Made by a program: the position numbers and the translations under genes
The notes under the pieces: model-generated
The model's database searches: none
Told to the model about the DNA's origin: nothing
What the model saw: only the letters and a program-made list of their open reading frames with translations
Shown: positions 20,551 to 29,830 of the stretch, one piece after another
How the letters are laid out: every line of letters begins with the position of its first letter
How positions within the stretch are numbered: position 1 is the stretch's first letter
Assembly: GCA_027487905.1 (NCBI GenBank)
Contig: JAIYCR010000088.1
Location: 7,054-71,053, forward strand
Source: Rubrivivax sp.
GTDB lineage: Bacteria > Pseudomonadota > Gammaproteobacteria > Burkholderiales > Burkholderiaceae_C
Direction: 5' to 3'
DNA: 64,000 nucleotides

Positions 20551-23112
20551 GTGTCCGACCTCTCGCGCCCTCCCAGCGCCACATCCAACCTGATCGAGTT
20601 CGTCCCGGTCGAGCCTGAACTGTCGCGGCCCGCCGCTGCCGTTGGCGCGTCCGAGACCGGCGTCCAGGGCTTCATCTGGCCGAGCCCGCCCTATGCCAGC
20701 TACCCGCCCGGGCAGCCGCTGGAGCGGCCGATGCTGTGCGACATCACCGGTCTGAATGGCCAGGTGATGACCGGCCGGCTGATGGCCTTCCGTCCCGACT
20801 CGGCCACCTTGCTGGTGCTGCTGCCGCCGGCGCGCACGCCGGTGGAACTGCGCTTCAACCAGTTCCGCAGCGTGCGGCTGCTCGAGCCGGTCAAGCCGCG
20901 CCGGCCGGACGCCACCGCCGCGCACGCCGACCTGCTGGACGCCCGGCCCCGCAATCCCTTCAGCATCACCCGCGCGGACGGCAGCGACGAGCAGGGCGAG
21001 ACCATCGGGCACCAGGAGGCCGCCTATGGCCTCTTCCTCTTTCCGCCGCTGGACGAGATCGGCCACGTCACCCGGCTCTTCATCCCCCGCGAGACCTTCG
21101 TCGACTTCAGCTTCGGCAGCCGCCTGGGCGACCTGCTCGTCCAGGCCACGGTCACCACGCCCATGCTGATCGACGAGGCGGTCAACGAGCAGCAGCGGCT
21201 GCGCGAGCGCCGCCTGGGCGACATCCTCATCCAGAAGCAGGTGGTCAGCACCGAGCAGCTGCTCGAGGCGCTGGAGCAGCAAAAGCGCATGCCCATGGTG
21301 CGCATCGGCGACGCGCTGCTGCAGCTCGGCCTGGTGCAGCCCGACCAGGTGACCACCGCGCTGGCCCAGCAGGCCAAGGACCGCAACACACCCCTGGGCG
21401 AGATCCTGATCCGCATGGGCGCGGTGTCGCGCGAGGACCTGCAGGTGGCGCTGGCCCGCAAGATGGGCTATCCGCTGGTGGACGTGGACCGCTTCCCCAT
21501 CGACGCGGAGGCGGTGAAGAAGCTGCCGCTCGCGCTGTGCCTGCGGCTGCGCCTGATGCCGCTGCTGCTCAACGACGGCCGGCTGGTGGTGGCCATGGAC
21601 GACCCGGCACGCCGGCGTGCCGCGGTGGACGAGGTGGAGTTCGTCGCGCAGTGCAAGGCGGTGCCGGTGCTAGCGCTGGCCGAGTCGATCGAGGAATCGC
21701 TTCGCCGCGTGTATGGCGCCCACGCCGAGGCGCAGGCCGTCTCGGCCAGCAACTCCATGGCCTTCGACGGCACCGAGCTGCTGGCCGACCGCAGCCGGCT
21801 GCTCGAGACGCTCGAGAAGGACGTCACCGACGGCGCGCCGCTGGATGACCGGCCGATCGAGCAATCGGACAACTCGCTGGTCAAGCTCATCAACACGCTG
21901 ATCCTGGAGGCCCACGGCCAGGGCGTGTCGGACATCCACATCGAGGCCTATCCGGGCCGCGACAAGATCAAGATCCGCTTCCGGCGCGACGGCATGCTGC
22001 GCACGCACCTGGAGCTGCCGCACACCTACCGCAACGCGCTGGTGGCCCGCATCAAGATCATGTGCGACCTGGACATCTCGGAGCGGCGCAAGCCCCAGGA
22101 CGGGAAGATCAACTTCAGCCGCTTCGTGGCCGGCCAGAAGATCGAGCTGCGGGTGGCCACCATCCCCACCCACAGCGGCTGCGAGGACGTGGTGATGCGG
22201 ATCCTGGCCTCGGCCAAGCCCATCCCGCTGGACAAGCTGGGCCTGTCGCCCTACAACGGCCGGCACCTGAAGGCCGCGATGGAGCGCCCCTACGGCATGG
22301 TGCTGTGCGTAGGCCCCACCGGCTCGGGCAAGACGACCACGCTGCACTCGGCGATGAGCTTCATCAACACGCCCGAGCGCAAGATCTGGACCGCCGAAGA
22401 CCCGATCGAGATCACCCAGGCGGGCCTGCGCCAGGTGCAGGTGAACGCCAAGATCGACTGGACCTTCGCCCGGGCGCTGCGCGCCTTCCTGCGGGCCGAC
22501 CCGGACGTGGTGATGGTGGGCGAGATCCGCGACCGCGAGACCGCCCAGATGGCGGTGGAGGCCTCGCTGACCGGCCACCTGGTGCTCAGCACGCTGCACA
22601 CCAACTCGGCGCCCGAGACGGTGACCCGCCTGCTCGACATGGGCATGGACCCGTTCAATTTCGCCGACTCGCTGCTCGCGGTGCTGGCGCAGCGGCTGGT
22701 CAAGCGCCTGTGCCCGGCCTGCCGCACCCAGCGGCCCGCCACCGACGAGGAGACCGACGAACTGCTGCGCGACTTCCGCCATGCCACGCCGGCCGATGCG
22801 CCGGCGCTGGAGGAAAAGGCGGTGCTCGCGTCGTGGCTGGAGCGATTCGCCAGCGGCGGCCGGCTGCAGCACTTCCACAGCCCGGGCTGCAAGGCCTGCG
22901 ACGACAGCGGCTTCAAGGGCAGAACCGGCCTGCACGAGCTGATGGTGGTGGACCGCGACATCCGCCACCTGATCCAGACCGGGTCGCGCTCGGAGGCCAT
23001 CCAGCAGCAGGCGCAGCGCGCGGGCATGCGCACGCTGCGCCAGGACGGCATCGAGAAGGTGCTGCAGGGCCTGTGCACCATCGAGGACGTGCGGGCCACC
23101 AGCAACGTGTGA
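20551..23112 (+). CDS. Orphan GspE/PilB-family secretion-type ATPase with an N-terminal unknown domain and four tandem MshEN-like motifs
   Basis: ATPase motifs present: Walker A GPTGSGKTTT, Walker B VVMVGEIRD, His box GHLVLSTLHTN, and tetracysteine CPAC...CKAC. GTG at 20551 has GGAG 7 nt upstream, and 20551-20730 has coding-like GC3. An alternative ATG is at 20731. Confidence 0.9.
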   Translation: MSDLSRPPSATSNLIEFVPVEPELSRPAAAVGASETGVQGFIWPSPPYASYPPGQPLERPMLCDITGLNGQVMTGRLMAFRPDSATLLVLLPPARTPVELRFNQFRSVRLLEPVKPRRPDATAAHADLLDARPRNPFSITRADGSDEQGETIGHQEAAYGLFLFPPLDEIGHVTRLFIPRETFVDFSFGSRLGDLLVQATVTTPMLIDEAVNEQQRLRERRLGDILIQKQVVSTEQLLEALEQQKRMPMVRIGDALLQLGLVQPDQVTTALAQQAKDRNTPLGEILIRMGAVSREDLQVALARKMGYPLVDVDRFPIDAEAVKKLPLALCLRLRLMPLLLNDGRLVVAMDDPARRRAAVDEVEFVAQCKAVPVLALAESIEESLRRVYGAHAEAQAVSASNSMAFDGTELLADRSRLLETLEKDVTDGAPLDDRPIEQSDNSLVKLINTLILEAHGQGVSDIHIEAYPGRDKIKIRFRRDGMLRTHLELPHTYRNALVARIKIMCDLDISERRKPQDGKINFSRFVAGQKIELRVATIPTHSGCEDVVMRILASAKPIPLDKLGLSPYNGRHLKAAMERPYGMVLCVGPTGSGKTTTLHSAMSFINTPERKIWTAEDPIEITQAGLRQVQVNAKIDWTFARALRAFLRADPDVVMVGEIRDRETAQMAVEASLTGHLVLSTLHTNSAPETVTRLLDMGMDPFNFADSLLAVLAQRLVKRLCPACRTQRPATDEETDELLRDFRHATPADAPALEEKAVLASWLERFASGGRLQHFHSPGCKACDDSGFKGRTGLHELMVVDRDIRHLIQTGSRSEAIQQQAQRAGMRTLRQDGIEKVLQGLCTIEDVRATSNV

Positions 23113-23137
23113 CCCGGCGCTGAGGCCCCGCGTAGGG

Positions 23138-23839
23138 TCAGCGCTGCATCCGCAGGCGCAGCGACCTGCGCATCCAGGCGGCCTGCAGCCCCCGCAGCAG
23201 CAGCGAACCAGTGGCCCACAGCAGCAGCCACGGGTCGAGCAGCGCGTCCCAGAGGTTGGACGACTCCATCAGCGCCAGGCCCCAGGCCGCCAGCGCTGCG
23301 GCCAGCGCACAGGCCGAGCGCCACGCGCCGGCCGCAGCCGCCCCGAGCGCCAGCACGACGACGAACAGCACCAGGGGCAGCGCAGCGCCATCGTGGCCCA
23401 GCCGGTAGAGGTCCAGCCGGTCGGTGAGCAGGTGGCCCAGCACCAGCGGCCAACCGGTGGCCACCACCGCCAGCCGAAGCCACAGGGCCTCGCCCTGCAG
23501 CAGCGGTCGGGACCGACCGGGCTGCAGTGCATCCGGTGCGGGCCGCGCTGCAGGCAGCGGCAGCCAGGCCCAGGCCACCACCAGCACCACGGTGGTGGCG
23601 CTGAGGTCGCCCGCGATGCCGCGCACCCACGCGGCCCAGGTGAGGCCCCCGCCCGCGAAGCCCAGCACCGGCCACACCGCGCTGGCGGCACTGGCCAGCA
23701 GCAGCATGCCGGCGAGCATCCACCCGAGGCCAGGCGGCAGCCTGCTGCCGGGGCCGCGGCGCAGCGCACCGAAGAGCCCGGCCGCCAGCACGATGGCCAA
23801 GGCCAGCAGCGCCCAGGCGTCGGTGGGCGTGACCTGCAT
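23138..23839 (-). CDS. Hypothetical Trp-rich polytopic membrane protein (233 aa)
   Basis: Hydrophobic segments with many Trp (AAWVRG, VVAWAWLPLP, DPWLLLWATG). It starts 21 nt after the BNR-protein stop. No family recognised. Confidence 0.5.
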   Translation of the reverse strand: MQVTPTDAWALLALAIVLAAGLFGALRRGPGSRLPPGLGWMLAGMLLLASAASAVWPVLGFAGGGLTWAAWVRGIAGDLSATTVVLVVAWAWLPLPAARPAPDALQPGRSRPLLQGEALWLRLAVVATGWPLVLGHLLTDRLDLYRLGHDGAALPLVLFVVVLALGAAAAGAWRSACALAAALAAWGLALMESSNLWDALLDPWLLLWATGSLLLRGLQAAWMRRSLRLRMQR

Positions 23840-23859
23840 CGTGGGGGCCGAACCCGGGC

Positions 23860-25251
23860 TCAAGGCCGGGCCTCCAGCAGCCGGGCTTCGATCCACGACG
23901 CGGGCATCTGCAGATGCAGGATGCGAGCGCGGTGCCAGGTGAAGAACAGGTGCACGCTGCCGTCGTCGCCCTCGACCAGGCTGGGGTAGGAGAACTCGCG
24001 GTTGCAGGTGGGCCCCTGCGCGGTGGCGAAGCACAGCTGGCGGGCCGCGGCGTCCACGATGGCCGCTTCGTCGGAGGAACGGCTGGCGCCCTCGGGCGGG
24101 GGCAGGCGCGCCACCCCTTCGGTCAGCAGTCGGCGATAGGACTCGGCCGCCAGGCCCGGTGGCACTTCGCCCGGCTCGCCTTCCAGGCGGGCAAGCCGGG
24201 TCCAGTTCAAGGGCGATCCGGACGCGGGCGGCCCGGCCCAGGCCAGGCTCAGGTTGCCTCGCCCCGCCTCGGTGTCGTTGAACACCAGCAGGGAATCGCC
24301 GCCGCGCCGCGCCAGCACGGTGACCGCCGCATTGGGGTTGGGCCAATCGGTGGCCTGCACCGGCGACCAGCTGAGCCCTGCGTCCTCGCTGCGGCTGCGG
24401 GTGATGCGCGCGGGCGTGCCGGCCGACGCATGGCGCATCCACATCTCGGCGCGGCGCTCGTCCAGCACCCGCACCACCGGCTGCAGGTTGTTCACCGAGG
24501 CGGGCGGCCGCACCCGCGACTGCACCCGGCCATCCGCGCCCAGCACCAGCCACTCGGGGAAGCGCTCGATGAGTTCGTGATAGGCCGGCAGGCCCACGCG
24601 CCCGTCGGCATAGGCCACCGGCACGCCCTTGACCAGCGTACCCAGGTTGAGGAAGGGCGAGCTCACCAGGCGGCGCGGTGAATGCCAACGCTCGCCTTCA
24701 TCGTCGGAGACCAGCCGGGTGATCGAACTGCCCGCCCAGCCGCCAAGCGACACCGCCACCACGTAGAGGTGCAGCCGGCCATCGGCCGCGCGCGCCAGCA
24801 CCGGGTTGCCCAGCTTCTTGATGAAGCGGGCGCTGGCGGCGGCCAGCGCGGGACGCGACAGCGCCGTCGATTCCGCGCTCCACTGGCCGGTGCGCGGCTC
24901 GAACACCGCCGTGCGGATGCTCACGTCCGACGCGCCCTCGCGGCTGCCGGAGAACCACACCGCGCGGATGCGCCCGTCGCGCAGCTTCACGCCGCTGGCC
25001 GCATGCACGGCCGCACCCGGCTGCTGGCTGGCACTTCGCCACACGGGCACCGACCCCGGCGGCGACCCAGACCCCGACCCGGCCCCGGGCGCTGCACCGG
25101 CCGGCGCGGCGGCTTCAGCCGGAGCATTCATCGCCGCGAAGGCCACCGGCGCGGCCGGCGCCTGCAGCACCCGCCAGGCGGCCGGCACTGCCGCGGCCAC
25201 CACCACCAGCGCCAGGACCCACCGCACCGGCGCGCGCAGCGGGGCCCTCAT
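23860..25251 (-). CDS. BNR-repeat / sialidase-like (exo-alpha-sialidase family) protein with N-terminal membrane anchor or signal
   Basis: Asp-box (SxDxGxxW) repeats SDDEGERW and SEDAGLSW. The tail is YPSLVEGDDGSVHLFFTWHRARI. The ATG overlaps the upstream stop (tcat at 25248-25251). Confidence 0.7.
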   Translation of the reverse strand: MRAPLRAPVRWVLALVVVAAAVPAAWRVLQAPAAPVAFAAMNAPAEAAAPAGAAPGAGSGSGSPPGSVPVWRSASQQPGAAVHAASGVKLRDGRIRAVWFSGSREGASDVSIRTAVFEPRTGQWSAESTALSRPALAAASARFIKKLGNPVLARAADGRLHLYVVAVSLGGWAGSSITRLVSDDEGERWHSPRRLVSSPFLNLGTLVKGVPVAYADGRVGLPAYHELIERFPEWLVLGADGRVQSRVRPPASVNNLQPVVRVLDERRAEMWMRHASAGTPARITRSRSEDAGLSWSPVQATDWPNPNAAVTVLARRGGDSLLVFNDTEAGRGNLSLAWAGPPASGSPLNWTRLARLEGEPGEVPPGLAAESYRRLLTEGVARLPPPEGASRSSDEAAIVDAAARQLCFATAQGPTCNREFSYPSLVEGDDGSVHLFFTWHRARILHLQMPASWIEARLLEARP

Positions 25252-27497
25252 CGGCAGCCCGCCTCGTCGCGGTGGGCCTGGTGCGAGTCCCGGGGCGCGG
25301 CGCGGATCAGCCACTCGCGGGTGAAGAGCTGGCCCGCGGCATCGCCGCTGAACATGGCCTTGAGCTCGGCCGATCGGTGGCGGCTGCGCAGGTCCAGACG
25401 CTGCGCCAGGCGTTCGCAGCCCTCGCACTGCGGCGGCGGCTCGCCCAGCCGCTGGCGCCAGGCGAACAGCGGGTAGCGCTCGGCCAGGCTCGCCAGCGTG
25501 GGGGCGGCGCGCTCGTCGTAGCCGCGCGGCTCGGACTGCGGCAGCAGGAAGGCATGGCCCTCGAAGCGCGCCCTGAAGTTGCACGGCACCCAGACGGTCT
25601 GGCCCGCCACCGCCTTCTCGATGGCGGCCGGGTATCGCCCGGCAGGTCCGTCGAAGGGCATCAGGAACACGCCGATGCTCAGGTGGGTGAGCGCCACCGT
25701 GGCCAGCAGGGCGGTGCGCGACAGCGCCGTGATGGACAGGCCCGCCAGCGCCACGGTGGCCGCCAGCAGGAACACCGCCCAGGCCATGGGCCGCACCGTC
25801 TGCAGCGTGTCAGCGGCGGACCCGTTGCCCAGCGCCGTGGCCGCGCCCGCCTGCAGGCCCAGCGCCAGCCAGGCGAACAGCAGCACCGCGGCCAGCGCCA
25901 GCAGGTGGCCCACCCGCGCGCCCCAGGCCGGCAGCTCGCGCCAGCGCAGGGCCACCAGCAGCGCCAGTGCCGGCATGGCCGGCAGCAGGTAGCGTGCCGA
26001 GCGCTGGCTGGGCAGCGCGAAGACCACGAAGAAGACCGCCAGCCAGATCCACAGCCGGCGCTCGTCCAGGCTCAGCCGATGACGCTCGCGCCAGGCGCGA
26101 ACCCCCAGCGCCAGCACCACGCCCACCAGCAGCCCCGCATTGAGCAGCACCGCCAGGCCGTATTCCCACACGCTGTCCGGCCCGGTGAAGAAGGTGACGG
26201 CCGGGTGCCCGCGGTTGTCCATCTTCCCGAAGTTCTCGCCCACGACGAACTCGCGCCAGATGGCGGCAGGATCTGGGTCGAGTGCGAACCACAGGCCGAA
26301 GAGCGCGAGCGACACCGCCGCCACCAGCAGCAGCCCGGCCGCATCGCGGCGCAGGAAGGTGGCGAGCCGCCAGCCGCGGTGCTGCAGCCACCACAGCGCC
26401 ATCACCGCGCCTACCGGCAGCAGCAGCGCGAAGGACTTGGCCAGAAGGCCCATGCCCACGGCCAGCCCCAGCCCGAGCGGCATGACCCACCGCGACTCGA
26501 AGCCCGCCGGCGCGCGCCACAGCAGCGCGAGCAGCGGCAGCGACAGCCAGAACACCTCGGGCGGGTTGGTGAGGTAGGGACGCCCGTAGCGGAAGGTGGT
26601 GAAGAAGCCCAGCCACACCAGCGCGGCGACCAGGCCGGTGGGCAGGTCGAAGCCCGTGGCAGCGCCCGCCGGAGGGTCCACCGAGGCGCCCGGGCGTCGG
26701 CCCAGGCGCGCCGCCACCCCCCCGATCAGCAGCGCCGTCAGCGCCGTCCAGGCCAGCGACGGCCAGCGCAGCCGCCACAGTTCCCAGTGGGCACCGAAGC
26801 CGGTGCTGGCCAGGCCCTGCCAGAACAGCAGCGGCGGCTTGGTGTTGCGCATGGCATCCAGCTCGGACGCGAGCGGCAGCCACTGCCCGCTGGCCGCCGT
26901 CAGCCGGGTGATGTGCGCATAGACCAATTCGTCCCCGTTGCGCGGGATGTTCTGGCCGTCCAGGCCCAGGCCATAGGCCCATGCGGTCAGCGCCACGAGT
27001 GCGAACTGCAGCACCAGCAGCAGCCGTGCGGAAGGCTGCACCGTCAGGCGCCGCCCGAAGGTCCACAGGTCGTTGATGGCGTAGTTCGCCACGCTGGCCA
27101 GCACGATGGCCAGCGTGGCCGCCAGCAGGTAGTGCAGGCCGTCGGCCAGGGCCCGGGTGAGGATGAACTGCAGCAGGATGCCGAACCAGCAGGCCAGGGC
27201 GTACTGGCCGAGCTGCTGCAGCCAGGGCGCGTCCGCCCCGCCCTGGCGGTCCGACCAGGTCCAGGCCCGGTTCCAGATGAAGTTGTGCACCGTCGACAGC
27301 GCGATGGACAGTGCCAGCGACAGGTTCAGGCGCAGGCTCTCGGGCTCGATGCCGCGCAGCAGCCATTCCTGCGCCAGCCACAGCACCGCCAGGTTGACCA
27401 CCGTGCCCAGCGCACCCACCGAGCCGAAGCGCGCAAAGCGCCATCGGCCCAGCCGACCCAGCCAGGCCGGCGGCCCCGCAGCGGGCGCGGGCTTCAT
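25248..27497 (-). CDS. Fusion: GtrA-like domain plus GT39/GT83 (ArnT/PMT-like) lipid-carrier-dependent glycosyltransferase (about 750 aa)
   Basis: The N-terminus FGSVGALGTVVNLAVLWL...NFIWNRAWTW...ANYAINDLWTF is GtrA-like. It is followed by more than 10 TM segments with an early NGDELVYAHI loop, as in ArnT/PMT enzymes. The ATG overlaps the GT9 stop (27494-27497). Confidence 0.8.
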   Translation of the reverse strand: MKPAPAAGPPAWLGRLGRWRFARFGSVGALGTVVNLAVLWLAQEWLLRGIEPESLRLNLSLALSIALSTVHNFIWNRAWTWSDRQGGADAPWLQQLGQYALACWFGILLQFILTRALADGLHYLLAATLAIVLASVANYAINDLWTFGRRLTVQPSARLLLVLQFALVALTAWAYGLGLDGQNIPRNGDELVYAHITRLTAASGQWLPLASELDAMRNTKPPLLFWQGLASTGFGAHWELWRLRWPSLAWTALTALLIGGVAARLGRRPGASVDPPAGAATGFDLPTGLVAALVWLGFFTTFRYGRPYLTNPPEVFWLSLPLLALLWRAPAGFESRWVMPLGLGLAVGMGLLAKSFALLLPVGAVMALWWLQHRGWRLATFLRRDAAGLLLVAAVSLALFGLWFALDPDPAAIWREFVVGENFGKMDNRGHPAVTFFTGPDSVWEYGLAVLLNAGLLVGVVLALGVRAWRERHRLSLDERRLWIWLAVFFVVFALPSQRSARYLLPAMPALALLVALRWRELPAWGARVGHLLALAAVLLFAWLALGLQAGAATALGNGSAADTLQTVRPMAWAVFLLAATVALAGLSITALSRTALLATVALTHLSIGVFLMPFDGPAGRYPAAIEKAVAGQTVWVPCNFRARFEGHAFLLPQSEPRGYDERAAPTLASLAERYPLFAWRQRLGEPPPQCEGCERLAQRLDLRSRHRSAELKAMFSGDAAGQLFTREWLIRAAPRDSHQAHRDEAGCR

Positions 27498-28741
27498 GCG
27501 GCCGCGGCGCTGCGATCGGGCAGCACCGCCAGGCAGCGGTCCAGCACCGTCTGCGGTGCGATGCGGCGCAGGCACTGGTTGTCGCCGTCGCAGGGCGAGT
27601 TGCGGTGGTTGTAGGCCGTCAGGCAGGGGGAACAGGGCATGTTCGCCAGGTGCACCGACTGCGAACGCGGCGCGAGCGAGCCGTACAGCACCGGCGTCTC
27701 GGGCCCGAAGAGCACGATGGAGTGGATGGGCGTCATCGCGGCGAACTGGCCCGGCCCGCCGTCGTTGGTCACCAGCAGGTCGGCGTGGTGGAAGAGCAGC
27801 AGCAGCTCGCGGATGCTGCGTGTCCAGCCGGTGAGGTCCAGCAGCGCCGGGTGGGCCGCGGCCTGGCCGATGCGCTGCGCGAGCGGGCGGTCCTCGGCCA
27901 GGCCGATCACCGCCACCGCGCAGCCGCGCTCGAGCAGCGCGCGGGCCAGTTCGATGTAATGCTCCGGCGGCCAGGCGCGGATGGGCAGGATGCCGCCGCC
28001 GGCATAGAGCAGCACCAGCGGCTTGCCCGCCACGCCGGGATGGGCCTCGAGCAGGCGCCGGCAGGACGCATCGACCTCGCCGGGCCGCAGGGCGAGCCGC
28101 GGCAGCGGGTAGTCGCGGGCCTCGCGCGGCAGCAGCCCCTTGGACCGCGGCCTGGCATCGCGGTGGATCGCCTCGGCCAGCGCGAGGAACTGGTCGGCGA
28201 TGTGGCGATAGGGGTTGTAGGGCACCGGGCGGTTCAGCAGCTCACCCCGGTACAGCCCTTCCTGGTTGTGGCGGTGGAAGCCCACGCGGATGCGGGCGCC
28301 CGACAGGCGCGAGAACAGCATGCCGATGCGGGCGAAGAGCTCGCAGTCGATGGCCACGTCGATCTGCAGCCGCCGCAGCTGCACCAGCACGCGCAGCGTG
28401 TCGCGCACCAGGCTCCAGGCGCCGCGGTCGTCCAGCGTGTGGACATGGTCGCGCGGCATCACGTCCAGCAGGTCGAGGACTTCGCGGTTCTTGCCGAACA
28501 TCAGCGCGTGAAGCGCGGCATCGGGATGGCGCTCGCGCAGCCGCTGGAACATGGCGCTGGCCAGCACCAGGCTGCCCATCTCGGACAGCAGGATCACGAG
28601 GATGCGGCGGGGCGGTGCCTCGGCCGCCGCCGGCCGCACGGCCCGCCGGAAGGGGCGCGCCAGCCGGTCGAACGCCGACAGCAGGGCACACAGGGGCACG
28701 CCGACCCAGAAGTCGATGGCGCGCTGGGTCTGGATCTTCAA
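27494..28741 (-). CDS. Glycosyltransferase family 9 (heptosyltransferase-like)
   Basis: RILVILLSEMGSLV, LLVTNDGGPGQFAAMT...VLFGPETP and CSPC...C motifs resemble GT9 enzymes. Confidence 0.8.
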   Translation of the reverse strand: MKIQTQRAIDFWVGVPLCALLSAFDRLARPFRRAVRPAAAEAPPRRILVILLSEMGSLVLASAMFQRLRERHPDAALHALMFGKNREVLDLLDVMPRDHVHTLDDRGAWSLVRDTLRVLVQLRRLQIDVAIDCELFARIGMLFSRLSGARIRVGFHRHNQEGLYRGELLNRPVPYNPYRHIADQFLALAEAIHRDARPRSKGLLPREARDYPLPRLALRPGEVDASCRRLLEAHPGVAGKPLVLLYAGGGILPIRAWPPEHYIELARALLERGCAVAVIGLAEDRPLAQRIGQAAAHPALLDLTGWTRSIRELLLLFHHADLLVTNDGGPGQFAAMTPIHSIVLFGPETPVLYGSLAPRSQSVHLANMPCSPCLTAYNHRNSPCDGDNQCLRRIAPQTVLDRCLAVLPDRSAAAA

Positions 28742-28802
28742 GACGGCAGGGCTGGATCAGCGAGGAGGTGAATCGCCGATTGTCACCGAGCGCCGGCGCG
28801 GC

Positions 28803-29819
28803 TCAGGGCGCGATGCCGCAGGCCGTCGCCGCCGGCGCCGAGGGCCGCGGCACCGCCGATCCGGCCTTCTTCTGCACCAGCGTCACGCCGTTTCGCACCG
28901 CGATGATCTCGGCCACGATGGACACGGCGATCTCCGCCGGCGTGCGCCCGCCCAGGTCCAGCCCGATGGGGCCGTGCAGCCGTGCGATCTCGCCGTCGCT
29001 CAGGTCGAAGAGCTTGAGCCGCTCCATGCGCTTGGCGGTGTTGCCGCGCGAGCCGAGCGCGCCGATGTAGAAGGCCGGGCTCTTCAGCGCCTCGAGCAGC
29101 ACCAGGTCGTCCAGCTTGGGGTCGTGGGTGACGGCCACCACCGCGCTGTGAGGGTCCAGGCGGATGCGCTGCACCAGGTCGTCGGGCATCTCGCGGCTGA
29201 ATTCGGTGCCGGGCACATCCCAGGTGAGGTGGTATTCCTCCCGGGGGTCGCAGCACAGCACCTCGAAGTCCAGCGGCAGGGCCATCTGCGCCACCACACG
29301 GGACAGCTGCCCGGCACCGATGATCAGCAGCCGCCATTTGGGGCCGAACACCGAGCGCACCAGGCGCCCGTCGAAGCTGAAGGCCTCGCCGCGGCTGGAC
29401 GGCTGCAGGGTGACCCCCTGGGTCTGAAGGTCGAGCGTGCGCGACACCAGCTCGTGGCGGGCGGTGCGCTCGAGCAGCTCGTCTATCCAGTCGGTGCTCT
29501 TCAGCGGTTCCTGCACCAGGCGCAGGTTGCCGCCGCAGGGCAGGCCGAAGCGCGCGGCTTCCTCCTTGCTCACCCCATAGGCGATGAGCGAGGCCTCGCC
29601 CACCCGCTCGCCGTGGCGGACGCGGTCGATGAGGTCGTCCTCGACGCAGCCGCCCGACACCGAGCCCACCACCTGGCCGTCGCCGCGCAGGCACAGCAGC
29701 GCGCCCGGCGGGCGCGGGGCCGAGCCCCAGGTCTCGATGACGGTGACCAGCCACACCTTGTGGCCACCGTTGAACCAGTCGCGGGCCTGCGCGAGCACTT
29801 GGAGGTCGAGACTGTCCAT
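28803..29819 (-). CDS. XdhC/CoxI-family molybdenum-cofactor insertion chaperone
   Basis: VIETWGSAPRPPGA...GSVSGGCVE and LLIIGAGQLS...HDPKLDD are XdhC-like N-terminal and Rossmann domains. Confidence 0.85.
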   Translation of the reverse strand: MDSLDLQVLAQARDWFNGGHKVWLVTVIETWGSAPRPPGALLCLRGDGQVVGSVSGGCVEDDLIDRVRHGERVGEASLIAYGVSKEEAARFGLPCGGNLRLVQEPLKSTDWIDELLERTARHELVSRTLDLQTQGVTLQPSSRGEAFSFDGRLVRSVFGPKWRLLIIGAGQLSRVVAQMALPLDFEVLCCDPREEYHLTWDVPGTEFSREMPDDLVQRIRLDPHSAVVAVTHDPKLDDLVLLEALKSPAFYIGALGSRGNTAKRMERLKLFDLSDGEIARLHGPIGLDLGGRTPAEIAVSIVAEIIAVRNGVTLVQKKAGSAVPRPSAPAATACGIAP

Positions 29820-29830
29820 GGAGCGTTTCC

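Noticed and set aside
20731-21120. Calling the first about 130 aa (from ATG 20731) of the GspE-like ATPase a PilZ domain
   Set aside because: I could not find the RxxxR / [DN]xSxxG PilZ signature. The region is left as unassigned.
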